Positions 37,986 to 48,158 of a DNA stretch of 55,605 nucleotides are shown piece by piece. Below the pieces are notes generated by a model. It was not told the origin of the DNA. It saw nothing but the letters and a program-made list of their open reading frames with translations, and did not search any database. The stretch spans positions 1 through 55,605 of the forward strand of contig CALKOM010000073.1 in assembly GCA_938091905.1 (NCBI GenBank), written 5' to 3'. The position numbers and the translations under genes are program-made. This stretch comes from an uncultured Verrucomicrobiales bacterium (GTDB lineage Bacteria; Verrucomicrobiota; Verrucomicrobiia; Verrucomicrobiales; DEV007). Positions within the stretch are counted from its first letter, which is position 1. Each line of letters starts with the position of its first letter.

Positions 37986-38934
37986 ATGTTTGGGCAGCTC
38001 ATTTTAGGCATAGGCTTGAGACTATGAGCAGGTTCGTCGCAGATTATTGCCCCAGGCTCCTTACCGATTGGCGACTATCAGCAGAAAGCACTCGCTGAGC
38101 CAGCTTTGACCATCCAACGCCATGTCACCTTCGACGGAACGGTTCCCTATCTTGCTGTGACTCCTAACGAATATATTCCCGTTAAACGCGGAAATTCTAT
38201 CCACAACCAATTGATAGAGAACGATATTTGATTTTTAAATATGAGCACGCTTTGAATACGTTGATCCTTCTCCACGGGCGAAATGGGAGGAAGGAAAGCC
38301 TCCTCCGGGTGGCGGAGCGGTTCACCGCAATTGGGTTCCGATGCCTTATTCCAGAACTTCCAGCGCATGGTGAAAACCCCATTGCGCACTTCGCTCATGG
38401 CGCCTCATCCATGGAGAAGGCTCTGCCAAGCACAATGATCACCAACGCTCGCCAGACTCTCGGCTGGCCTTCAGCGGATGCGCCCATAGGACTATGGGGC
38501 ATGTCAATGGGAGGTGCCATGGCTACAGCCGCCGCCGCCGCCAGCTGGGCGTAATGGAAAGCCCTTATGGTCGTGTGCAGCTTTGACGTTCTCAGCGATA
38601 AGCTCAACACGCTGGCAGGCCCATTGGCACCTGACTGTCCAGCATCAAGCCCTTCAGCCGCTCGTACAACACCGATCAGGTCTCTCCATTCAAGCGGTTA
38701 AGCCCAACGACTGGGCTGTCTCGGTTCCAACTCAGCTTCGGGCCCTCGTGGCCCACGGAGATGCGGACTCACTGATCAACCACGCTCGTGGCCAGAGCCT
38801 CTTCCACGCCTTTCCAGGGTGAGGACAAACAGTGGCTCACCGTCACCGGCGCGGCCCACCACAACATCCTCATCACCGATCAGCCCGTCTACGCTTCCAT
38901 GGAAGCCTGGCTTCTTCAGCGCATGCGACCGTAA
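37986..38934 (+). pseudogene. Alpha/beta hydrolase, disrupted
   Basis: Pieces in different frames: LLHGRNGRKE, GMSMGG (nucleophile), AHGDAD (acid) and GAAHHNIL (His, read from 38821). Interrupted by TGA 38025-38027, TAA 38552-38554 and several frameshifts. Start approximate. Confidence 0.88.
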
Positions 38935-39966
38935 TCAGTACTTTGTCTGGTAGTCGGGGTCCTCTAAACCATTTTCCCTCAAGTAGGCGACGGCTTTCTG
39001 GTGAGCCAATCCCTGGCGCTCGGCCAACACCTGACGCCCATTTCCGAGCAACGGAAAGACAGAGAAAAAGTGGGGGCCGTACTCGCCATAACCAGGATCG
39101 GACGACGGTGTGGCATCCAAGCCGATCCCCGCCGCGATCTTGTTAAGAGAGAGACCGATCTCACGGATAATCATTGGATCCTTCACGGAACCACGCGCCA
39201 CGGCGAGGAACTCGAAATCGGCGTAGTCTCTTGATTCCCCAAGTGCCCAGATCAGCACCCGCTGCCGGGCACCCGTCGTTCCCAAAATCTCCTGCACATA
39301 GGCATCCATGATGGCTGAGTCCCCTAGCCCACCGTTGACCACAACCGCCTTGGCGACATCCCCCAGGCTGCCTCTTGAGTCGACCTCCGTCGACCAAAGC
39401 TGTGGCGAAACTTCAGGAAATTCGAAATCGGGCACCTCCTTGAGTTCCCTCAACAGCCACTCACCAGACTCTTTCGTGGGTATCCTACCGAGAACATCAA
39501 CAAGCTTACGATAAATCGCTGTCACCGTGCCCTCCGCGTCCAAATCAATCTCCCCAGCCATCTCCAACGCCAAGTCTCCGAGATACGGGTAGAGCCACCG
39601 TGGAAAAAGCTGAATTACCGTCGCCCGCTGACCTGGTTCCTTAATCGAGCGCACAACACGTTTGATCTTCTCAACCACCTCGGAATTGAAAGTCTCGCCC
39701 TCCAGCATCTGGCCTTCCAAACGGGCAATCAACGCCTCGGCCTCCAGCCTTTTCCCGCGAACAGCGCTACTCTCGCTTCGCGTTCGGTTTGCAATAAGTT
39801 GAGAACCACTGGCCAAGGAAACACTGCTTCGCCGCTCGAGCGAACCAGAAGCTTCTTTCTTGAGCATGATCACCGCTACCGCCGCGATTAAGGCAAACAT
39901 CACTCCAACAACGCACCAGCCTCTGAGACCAAGAATGCGCCGATCGCTCTTCTCCAAATCAACCAT
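38935..39966 (-). CDS. Hypothetical membrane-anchored alpha-helical protein
   Basis: 343-aa ORF with an N-terminal TM helix and helical, HEAT-like segments. Confidence 0.65.
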   Translation of the reverse strand: MVDLEKSDRRILGLRGWCVVGVMFALIAAVAVIMLKKEASGSLERRSSVSLASGSQLIANRTRSESSAVRGKRLEAEALIARLEGQMLEGETFNSEVVEKIKRVVRSIKEPGQRATVIQLFPRWLYPYLGDLALEMAGEIDLDAEGTVTAIYRKLVDVLGRIPTKESGEWLLRELKEVPDFEFPEVSPQLWSTEVDSRGSLGDVAKAVVVNGGLGDSAIMDAYVQEILGTTGARQRVLIWALGESRDYADFEFLAVARGSVKDPMIIREIGLSLNKIAAGIGLDATPSSDPGYGEYGPHFFSVFPLLGNGRQVLAERQGLAHQKAVAYLRENGLEDPDYQTKY

Positions 39967-40110
39967 TACTTAACCACCTCACCATCACGATCACCAGACG
40001 TCCATCCTAGAGATGGCATTCGAGAATTCTAGAGCCTACCGAATGATTTCAGAATCAAACAGACCTTGCCAATCGTCGCACACTAGCGTCCGCTTGGCCT
40101 TGTAAGTGAC

Positions 40111-41982
40111 ATGGGAGGCCAGCCAGATCAACTAGCACTCTTCGATGAAGAGCCTCTCCTAGAGAAGGTTGACATCGATCGCAACTCGCCACAGCGCGAT
40201 CGCCCTCCCGTGTTCTGGATCGAAGAAGTCCGCATTCTTCGCACTTGGTCGGCTTATCCTCGGCAGCAACTTCGTCAGATTCATCTCCGACGCGGGATGA
40301 ATATCATTTGGGCACCTCCTCTCGCGGAAGACGACCTTGAGGTCACTTTCAGCGGCCACGCTGCGGGAAAGACCAGCTTCTGTCGACTCTTAAGGTATGC
40401 GTTAGGGGAGCCGCGTTGTGGTAGCAAGTTTCTCCGCGAGCGACTCCTCGCTCGTCTCCCTCGCGGCTGGGTCGTCGCTCGCATCTGGGTGGACGGGAAA
40501 CCCTGGATCGTCGGACGCCCATTCAGCAGCCGTCGCCGCTCCATCTGTGTACAGTCTGAGGACATCGATGCCTGGCTCAAAACCAAGCCTGCCGATGCCA
40601 GCGACTACGAAATCTTTCGCGTGACGGTGCACCAAGCCGTGGTGGAACAGCTTCCCGTCAAGAGTTACGGCGATTCAGGCCAATCCATTCGTTTCCTCCA
40701 CCTCCTCGCTTGGCTGGCGCGCGATCAAGAGTGCCGTCTCGATGGCCTCCTTGCATGGCGACACAAGGACAGTCAAAGCGGTAGTCCACCACTCAGTGCC
40801 GATGACCGCAGTTTCCTCGTCAGATCCGTCGTCGGCTTGATGGACAAGGAACTCCGTCAGGAAATGGAATACCGCGTCTCCATGGAAGCCGACCTCAGGC
40901 GTCTTCCTTCTGAGATTGTCTTTAGACAACGCACAGTCGAGGAAGCCATTAAGGAGCTAAAGCCTTACATTGATGACACCCACGACAGCATCACTGATCC
41001 CCTCTTCTCGGTAGCGATCGAGAACCAGCTCCGAGCAGAAGAGAAACGTGAACTCGACGCTCTCCACCCCAAGGGTGTTCTCACGATCGACGAGCAAAAA
41101 CTCGCGCTCGACAGAGCGTTAGAGTCTCTCGGTGCCGCCAAGTATGCCCTCACGCTTTGGGAATCAGAGCCATGTGGAGTCGCGCCAGACCTCGCCCATG
41201 CTCACTGCCCGTTTCACGTCGAAGCCCCCGAACCGATTTCCCGCAAAGGGGTACTCGTAACTCAGAACCGCAAACGCGACGCTAAGCACGCCTTGGAAAC
41301 GGCCGCCAAGCGTGTTGCCGAGCTTCAGGAAACCTATGCGGATGCCCTGCACAAAGATGAAGTGCAGCGACGCGAGCACGAGCAGATCCGCAGCCACTAC
41401 AGGCTAGTTCACGAACACCTCGAACGCGCCATCTCCGCGCAGACCACACTTGATGCCCTCATCGAAATGCGTGACAACCTCACGAACGAAATCTCGGCAT
41501 CTCAAGAACGCCAAGAGGCTCTCCAGCGTCGTTGGGATCGCGAAGCCTCTCGCTTTGCCTCGCTCTACCGCCGCACCATGAAGCGCATGCTCGGTCGGGG
41601 CACCGATGCGGAGTGCCGCTTCACCCGTGAAAGAATTCTGCTCAAGGCCACCTACAACGGTGATCTCAACAGTGCCGCCATCAATACCCTGACTACCCTT
41701 GGATTCGATCTCGCGGTCCTCCAAGCCTCCGTAGCTGGCCAGGGCCATCATCCACGTTTCCTCATTCATGATAGCCCGCGCGAGGCTGACATGGATGCCA
41801 ACCTTTACCGCCGGGTCTTTACTCACATGCAAACGTTAGAGCCTGAACATGGTGAAGCCAATTTCCAATACATCATTTCGACCACGGAGGCACCGCCCAA
41901 GAACTTCTGCCAAGAGCCCTGGCTCTGTCTGCTGCTCGACGCTTCGAAAGGCAAAGAACGTCTCTTCCGCATGGATCTATAA
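40111..41982 (+). CDS. SMC/Rad50-like ABC ATPase of ABC-three-component (Lamassu-related) type
   Basis: GMNIIW, Walker A SGHAAGKT, central coiled coil with a C/H cluster (PCGV...HAHCP), Walker B HPRFLIHDSPRE and QYIISTT. Confidence 0.8.
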   Translation: MGGQPDQLALFDEEPLLEKVDIDRNSPQRDRPPVFWIEEVRILRTWSAYPRQQLRQIHLRRGMNIIWAPPLAEDDLEVTFSGHAAGKTSFCRLLRYALGEPRCGSKFLRERLLARLPRGWVVARIWVDGKPWIVGRPFSSRRRSICVQSEDIDAWLKTKPADASDYEIFRVTVHQAVVEQLPVKSYGDSGQSIRFLHLLAWLARDQECRLDGLLAWRHKDSQSGSPPLSADDRSFLVRSVVGLMDKELRQEMEYRVSMEADLRRLPSEIVFRQRTVEEAIKELKPYIDDTHDSITDPLFSVAIENQLRAEEKRELDALHPKGVLTIDEQKLALDRALESLGAAKYALTLWESEPCGVAPDLAHAHCPFHVEAPEPISRKGVLVTQNRKRDAKHALETAAKRVAELQETYADALHKDEVQRREHEQIRSHYRLVHEHLERAISAQTTLDALIEMRDNLTNEISASQERQEALQRRWDREASRFASLYRRTMKRMLGRGTDAECRFTRERILLKATYNGDLNSAAINTLTTLGFDLAVLQASVAGQGHHPRFLIHDSPREADMDANLYRRVFTHMQTLEPEHGEANFQYIISTTEAPPKNFCQEPWLCLLLDASKGKERLFRMDL

Positions 41983-42069
41983 GATGCATCTCGATCACAT
42001 TTAAGTGGTCGACCCGATTGGCGGCCGAACAGAGTTCATAAAGGAAGGCGATGGTTTTAGCAAGACACC

Positions 42070-42546
42070 ATGATTCGCACACCCTCCGATGCTGACAGCG
42101 GCACCATCCTGGAATTCCTCGACGTCGCGTTCGCTCCCAGCCAATACGAATCCACGCTGCGTTCATCGATTATGAACATCGAACGCCCACATTGGGAATG
42201 GCTCGCAGAACATGACGACAGAATCGTGGGCCACATTCTCTACACCCTAGCCAACGATGACAGCGGCACCTCCATAGGCTATCACTTGGCACCCGTTGCC
42301 ATTCATCCCGACTACCAGAAACGGGGCCTTGGCACCCAGCTCATCAGAGAGACGCTTACCAGCGAAGCTCTCGCATCAGAAAGCATCTTTGTACTGGGCG
42401 ACCCTCAATTTTATGAGCGGTTCGGATTCGTAAAGACGACTTCTGCTCAATGCCCTTTCGATAAGAATAACCAGCACTTCCGAGCCCTGCACTGGCAAGA
42501 CCGCAAACGTCCGTTCAACATCGGCTACGAGGCCGCATTTAGTTGA
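42070..42546 (+). CDS. GNAT N-acetyltransferase (YhbS-like)
   Basis: LAPVAIHPDYQKRGLGTQLI and VLGDPQFYERFGF. Confidence 0.92.
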   Translation: MIRTPSDADSGTILEFLDVAFAPSQYESTLRSSIMNIERPHWEWLAEHDDRIVGHILYTLANDDSGTSIGYHLAPVAIHPDYQKRGLGTQLIRETLTSEALASESIFVLGDPQFYERFGFVKTTSAQCPFDKNNQHFRALHWQDRKRPFNIGYEAAFS

Positions 42547-42570
42547 TGAAGCAAAACTGACGCCTGCGGC

Positions 42571-43746
42571 CTAAATCCGCAGAAACAACTTCCGCTTAAA
42601 CATCCAGAAGAGAATGAGCCAGAAAACGGCAAGCACAGCGATCCCCTCCACCAACGGCGCGTAGCTTGCACCCGCAAATTCAAAGATGTTCTGTCCAAAG
42701 TGGGTCTTAAAGTTGGTCACCGTGAAGTGATGAATGAGGTGAGCGATGCAATAGGCAGCGATTGAATTCATGCCGATGACGATCAGCGGAAAGGCCCATT
42801 TCTGACACTGTAGCCAATCGATGATCGCGTAAAATCCGGCGAGGAGAAGGAAACACCACCCGCCACTGAAGAGAACCCAGCTAGGAGTCCAGATTCGCTT
42901 TACTATGGGGCAAAGGCCAAGCGAATGGAGCAGTTGACCCAGCACTAATCCCAACACACCCGCAATAAGGAATCGCTTAATCCGCGCCATTGGGGCGAGA
43001 TCCACTTTAATCCAGTTTCCGGCCAACAGTCCCAGGATCATCGTGCCCAAGGTAGGGATGAAACTCAACGTTAAGTAGCCGCCACCGTTAACGACGTAAG
43101 CTTCGGGACGCGGAAACAGATTGAGGAACCAGCGGTCGAACGTGCTGCCAAGGTTCAGGTGCTTGTTCCAATGGGCAGCGAAACCTTGCGCATGATGCTG
43201 CCAATCCGCTGACGCACCAATCGCGGTATAGTCGAACCCCTCGCCCGGCAAGGGGTGCAATGCCCAAGCAAGCCAGTAGCCGACCAGAATCACGCCCAGC
43301 GCGATGAGCTGATTGCGTACCGACTGGAAACCCAAGAGAAAGAGAAACGGATACCCAAGGCCAATCTGGGAGAGGGTGTCTTCAAACGTCCAGTTGGTCT
43401 GATCTGCGTGCACTGAACGTAGAAAGACGCCTAACAGAACCAAGAGAAGCGCTCGCCAGAGCGCATGACCTAACATGACGCCTCGCGATTGACCTCTCGC
43501 CACACGGCTGGCAATCGAGAATGGCAAGGCCACCCCCACGAGAAACGAGAAGGATGGCTGGATAAGATCGTGCAACGAACAGCCTACCCAACTGACGTGA
43601 GATTGCTGGTAGGCGAGAAACTCCCAGAAACCACTGTCCGGAAAGGCTTCAGCAACCCGCCCCAAACGGATGACCTCGGCCATCATGAGAAACATGACAA
43701 AGCCTCGGAAGGCATCGATGGAAGCGACTCGCTGACTTGGGCTCAT
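42571..43746 (-). CDS. Membrane acyltransferase-like protein (HGSNAT/NagX/DUF5009 family)
   Basis: RVASIDAFRG, H..W.G....DLIQPSF.FLVG, KRIWTPS and GMNSI. ATG at 43746 preferred; the longer start overlaps der. Confidence 0.88.
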   Translation of the reverse strand: MSPSQRVASIDAFRGFVMFLMMAEVIRLGRVAEAFPDSGFWEFLAYQQSHVSWVGCSLHDLIQPSFSFLVGVALPFSIASRVARGQSRGVMLGHALWRALLLVLLGVFLRSVHADQTNWTFEDTLSQIGLGYPFLFLLGFQSVRNQLIALGVILVGYWLAWALHPLPGEGFDYTAIGASADWQHHAQGFAAHWNKHLNLGSTFDRWFLNLFPRPEAYVVNGGGYLTLSFIPTLGTMILGLLAGNWIKVDLAPMARIKRFLIAGVLGLVLGQLLHSLGLCPIVKRIWTPSWVLFSGGWCFLLLAGFYAIIDWLQCQKWAFPLIVIGMNSIAAYCIAHLIHHFTVTNFKTHFGQNIFEFAGASYAPLVEGIAVLAVFWLILFWMFKRKLFLRI

Positions 43747-43831
43747 GCAAGACCTTGTCGAATCTAGGTCGCTGGGGTCGAGAACGAATGGTTTACACGA
43801 GTGGAAGCGTCGGCAAAGGTCCGAGCCGGCT

Positions 43832-45298
43832 ATGGCACTAGAGAAGACGACAAAGGAGAATCCCGAGCCCGCGCGACACCTTGTCGCAATCGTGGGTCGC
43901 CCAAATGTGGGCAAATCAGCAATCTTCAATCGGCTCGCAGGTCGGAGTATCGCCATTGTTCATGATCAACCTGGAGTCACCCGCGACCGCATCACGGCCC
44001 CAGCCCGTAGCTCTGGTCAGTACCCGTTCTCCATCATCGATACCGGCGGCATCGGCGCAGCCCTCGATGACGGGTTCACCGAGCAGGTTGCCGCCGAGGT
44101 GGATATCGCCATGGAAACCGCCGACCTCATCCTCTTCGTGGTCGACGGCGCTTCCGGGATCAATTCCGTCGACGAAACATTAGCCCGTCAGCTTCGTCAG
44201 ACAAACCTTCCCGTCATCTTGTTAGTCAACAAGATTGACCATGACAATCACGCTAGCAAGGAACTCGACTTTGCGTCCCTCGGGTTCAGCGAATTTCAAA
44301 CCACGAGTGCCGCGCACGGGCGCGGATTCGATGAGCTTCTCGGTCGCCTTGACGAGCAACTTGGCAAACTCCCTCCACCCACTTATCAGATCGCCATTCC
44401 AACGAAGGAGCCTATCAAGGTCGCCATTGTTGGACGACCCAACGTCGGCAAGAGCTCCCTCATTAACGCGATCCTGGGCGAGCAGCGCACCATCGTGAGC
44501 GACGTCGCAGGTACCACCCGTGATTCGGTCGACATTCCCTACGAACTCGGGGGTAAGAATTACAACCTGATCGATACCGCAGGCATCCGACGCCGAACCA
44601 AGATCGACAACTCGGTCGAAGTCTTCAGCGTGATGCGTTCGGAACGTAGCATTCGTCGTGCTGATATCTGTGCCCTCATCGTCGATGGGGCCGCTGGCAT
44701 CACCGCTCAAGATCGTCGCATTGCCAGGATCATTCTCGATGAAGGCAAGCCCTGCGTCATCCTTGCCAACAAATACGATCTCTATCACCCGGATGGAAGT
44801 CGACAAGAGCGTCTTGAAGAACTTACTGAGGATATCCGCCGCGAACTCTTCTTTCTCCACTACGCCCCCCTCGTCGCCACGTCTGCTCTGAAGGGCCAAC
44901 ACGTAAAGCGGCTCTTCCATGTGATCCAGCAGGTACAAGAGGCCGCCGCTCGACCCGTTGGCACCGGTGAATTGAATCGCTTGTTAGATCAAGCCATGGC
45001 GAAGAATCCCCCGCCTTTGCGAAAGCAGAAGCGTCTCAACATTCTCTACGCCAGCGCCCTTAAATCCGACTACGACGGGCCGATTCCGGTCCCCCACTAC
45101 GTCCTCTTCATCAACAAGAAGAACCTGATCTCGGACGACTACCAACGCTACCTCGAGAACCATATCCGCAAAGAGAAGCCTTTCATTGGATTACCAATCA
45201 AGATGCAACTGCGCGATCGGCCACCAAAGAAACGAGAAGGCCCTCCCAAGAAGAAACAGGTTCGCGGTGTGAAACGCCCGAAGCCTAAGCGGCAGTAA
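43832..45298 (+). CDS. der: Ribosome biogenesis GTPase Der (EngA)
   Basis: Two tandem G-domains (GRPNVGKS x2, DTGG/DTAG, NKID/NKYD) plus a KH-like tail. ATG at 43832. Confidence 0.97.
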   Translation: MALEKTTKENPEPARHLVAIVGRPNVGKSAIFNRLAGRSIAIVHDQPGVTRDRITAPARSSGQYPFSIIDTGGIGAALDDGFTEQVAAEVDIAMETADLILFVVDGASGINSVDETLARQLRQTNLPVILLVNKIDHDNHASKELDFASLGFSEFQTTSAAHGRGFDELLGRLDEQLGKLPPPTYQIAIPTKEPIKVAIVGRPNVGKSSLINAILGEQRTIVSDVAGTTRDSVDIPYELGGKNYNLIDTAGIRRRTKIDNSVEVFSVMRSERSIRRADICALIVDGAAGITAQDRRIARIILDEGKPCVILANKYDLYHPDGSRQERLEELTEDIRRELFFLHYAPLVATSALKGQHVKRLFHVIQQVQEAAARPVGTGELNRLLDQAMAKNPPPLRKQKRLNILYASALKSDYDGPIPVPHYVLFINKKNLISDDYQRYLENHIRKEKPFIGLPIKMQLRDRPPKKREGPPKKKQVRGVKRPKPKRQ

Positions 45299-45327
45299 GA
45301 CACGGCCCATCCAGGGAGAGCAGCTAA

Positions 45328-45352
45328 GACAACTTTATTGAAGAAAGTTGTC
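45328..45352. promoter_or_regulatory. Inverted repeat between der and the ECF sigma pseudogene (operator or weak terminator)
   Basis: GACAACTTT-7 nt-AAAGTTGTC, perfect 9-bp arms. Confidence 0.4.
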
Positions 45353-45399
45353 GGGTTGTCGGATCGACCCGGGGGGCGTGTCGAATGACCACTACCGCG

Positions 45400-47025
45400 A
45401 TGGACTTTCCTGACCAACTGCTTCTCGCCGATTATGTGGAAGATCAGAGCGAGGAAGCCTTTCGACAAGTAGTCGAAAACCATCTCAGCATGGTTTACCA
45501 CACGGCGCTTCGCCGCACTGGAAAGCGCCTCACCTTAAGAGGATGTTAGTCAAGAAGTCTTTACTATCCTGGCGAAGAAAGCACCGCGCTTGCATTTGCG
45601 TTCTGGACTAGGCGGTTGGCTACATCAGACTACCCTATTCGAAGCATCAAAAGCCGACGAGCCGCCAAGATGAAAGAACTCGCTTCTCAGTCATCGGCAC
45701 ACAATGAGACAAGGACTTGGAATGAGGCCCAGCCCGTTCTAGATGAAGCCGTCGAAAGCCTTCCTAACAACGACCGTAAAACAATCATTCTTCGCTTCTT
45801 CGAAGAGCAGAGTTTCCGAGCAATCGGCGAGGCGCTTGGCAAGAGCGAGGACACCAGCCAGAAACAGGTTTCCCGCGCTCTCGATAAGCTTGGCCTCGTT
45901 CTGAGCCGTCAAGGTTTTGCGGCCTCAACAGTCCCTTTGGGAACCTTGTCGTCCTCGGAGGCAACCAAAGCCGCACCTATAGCTCTACAACATTGGGTAG
46001 CCCAAACTAACCTGGCAGTAGTTCCACACCTCACCACAACGACGCTCATCTCCAACACACTTATCACCATGAGTTACGCCAAAACAAAGACCGCTCTCCT
46101 CGTTACGGCAATGGCTGCTGTCCCCATGGGACTTCAGTGGAACAAGATTCAATCGCTCAAAGAGCAAATCCAGTCCGCACCTCGGCCAGCAGCATATGCA
46201 GCTCAATCAGCTCAGGTGGAACAATTCTCTACCAAGCTGGAGATTGCTGATTCAGCGCTAACGAAACTCAGGAAAGAGACTACAAATCTCCTTGCAAAAG
46301 CGTCCGCATCCTCCGGTGAGACGGCCTCGCCCATGACGAACATAGCAGACATGTTTAGCATTCCCGCCATACAGGGTGACATTCGCCAACAGATTCGAGG
46401 TCAAGTCATGTCCATATTTAGCGATCTGCTAGAATCCTTCGACCTCACGCGCCCAGAAATCAAGGATCTTGAAACCATACCCACTGATAAGCTCATGCTC
46501 GCTACCACTAAAGTTATTAAGATCATGGACAAGTCGCTGATACTAACATAAAATTAACGCTAACATAATGTATAAGGAGGAAATGAAAGGCTTCGACACA
46601 GTGACTCGGGATACCTATGGCGACGACATTGCGGCCAAAGTGAAGCTCTGCGAGGAGTCGACAAGCGAACGCCAAGAACGCACCGCGTTTAAAACCAACC
46701 TAACCAGTATGGGCTTAGAAATTCCGTTCGAGACCGAGGAACAACTCATGGCGATAATGTATGAAGAGCGCAAGGCCTTCAGTTTTGCCCACAACTTCAA
46801 CAACACCACCGATCCAACCGTTCTCGGAAATCTGAACGACGATACCTCGGCCACGATAGAACCCGAATACGTCCAGCTACACGAGCGCTTCGAAACACGA
46901 GCCGGTGAACTCCTTGAGGGCGAGACTCTTGACGTCTTCCAAGCCAATCGGTCAGCTTCCGCGATCTCATGGTCAATTCGATGAGGATCAGCCAGCAAAT
47001 GATGGGCGGAGGGAAGCAAAAGTAG
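45400..47025 (+). pseudogene. ECF sigma factor with long C-terminal extension, disrupted
   Basis: From ATG 45400: DQLLLADYV...SEEAFRQVVENHLSMVYHTALRR. Other frames give EDVSQEVFTILAKKA..GWL (region 2) and LDEAVESLP..DR..IILRFFE..SF..IGEALG (region 4). The extension is broken near 46551 and 46950. Confidence 0.88.
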
Positions 47026-47129
47026 GTAATATTAAAAATTCTATTTTCTACAGATATTACTCTTGATATGGTTGATATTCAGGAGATGAAGCCGACTATG
47101 AAACCTCCATTCGGCCTCATGTGCGCACC

Positions 47130-48086
47130 ATGACAACTCGCCTCTCGCTCATCATCCCCCTTCTTGCCCTTGGACTCTCCGCCCAATTGGCCCACAGCGC
47201 TCAGGTGCTTTGGGGTAGTGCTCGCCTCGCCTTTAACTATGTCAGCACTGGGGAACCCAATGCCCTGGGATCAGATTTCACGTTTCAGCTAGGATCTTTT
47301 GATCCAGATTTTACACCGACGGCGGACAATATCAGTTCATGGCTCGCTCACTGGACTCCCGCCCAGAGTGTCGACTATAACGCAAACACACGTTTCTTCA
47401 CAGGCTCGTACTCCCTTCAGACGACGGCAGCTCCATTCACCTCAGCAAACCGAGCTTACATCTTTGGATTCAATCGCTGGGCGACAAGCGCAGCTAACTC
47501 AAGCGCAGAGTGGATCCTGGCAACCGCCCCCAACTGGCGCTGGCCAGCGGCTGTTGGCGGCATTGCACCACCCGTGCAGTGGTCCATGTCAAACGCAGAA
47601 ACAGTGGTCCTAGGCACTGTCAATGCCCCCAACTCCTCTACCCATATGCAAACAGCCAAGGTAAACACGCTACTTGAGTTTCTCAATCTAGAGTTATGGG
47701 CAAAGCGCTATGCAATCGGCACTGACGATGCCTCGCTTGCAGCAGACTTCGATGGCGACGGCCTATCGAACTTCGAGGAGTTCGAACAAGCGACGCACCC
47801 GCTCAAACCTAATGAAACAAGCACGCCAATCGAAACGCGCGCTCCAATCATCGAATTCGTTTCGGATAGCAGCGAGCTTTTTACGGAGCTCGGCTTGTTC
47901 AAGCTAGGCCTACCGAACGGTGCTGTGCTTGTTCCTGAAGTCTCCTCAGATCTCATTACCTGGCGACCTGCTACAGACGAGTTCGACGTCACCGATGACT
48001 CTATCCTCATCTACCGCGTTCGTTCTAAAAATCCGGCGGTAACGGGTGAAGCCCGATACTACCGCATCGCAGTAGAGCTCCCCTGA
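47130..48086 (+). CDS. Secreted protein with DxDGDG (TSP3-like) motif and verrucomicrobial-type C-terminal domain
   Basis: Signal peptide ending AHS-A, DFDGDGLSNFEEF..ATHP, EVSSDLITW and C-terminal RYYRI. Confidence 0.75.
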   Translation: MTTRLSLIIPLLALGLSAQLAHSAQVLWGSARLAFNYVSTGEPNALGSDFTFQLGSFDPDFTPTADNISSWLAHWTPAQSVDYNANTRFFTGSYSLQTTAAPFTSANRAYIFGFNRWATSAANSSAEWILATAPNWRWPAAVGGIAPPVQWSMSNAETVVLGTVNAPNSSTHMQTAKVNTLLEFLNLELWAKRYAIGTDDASLAADFDGDGLSNFEEFEQATHPLKPNETSTPIETRAPIIEFVSDSSELFTELGLFKLGLPNGAVLVPEVSSDLITWRPATDEFDVTDDSILIYRVRSKNPAVTGEARYYRIAVELP

Positions 48087-48158
48087 GGGGGGCCTCATCA
48101 GCCAGCGCTGCCACCAATGAATGGTAGCCGTGCCTAGGGGCACTCGTTATACTTCGGG

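Noticed and set aside
39966..40016. Short minus-strand frame ending in TAA that overlaps the ATG of the 343-aa gene (possible remnant of a deleted upstream gene)
   Set aside because: Only about 17 codons with no recognisable motif. The GGTGAGGTGG tract is equally explained as a ribosome-binding site.
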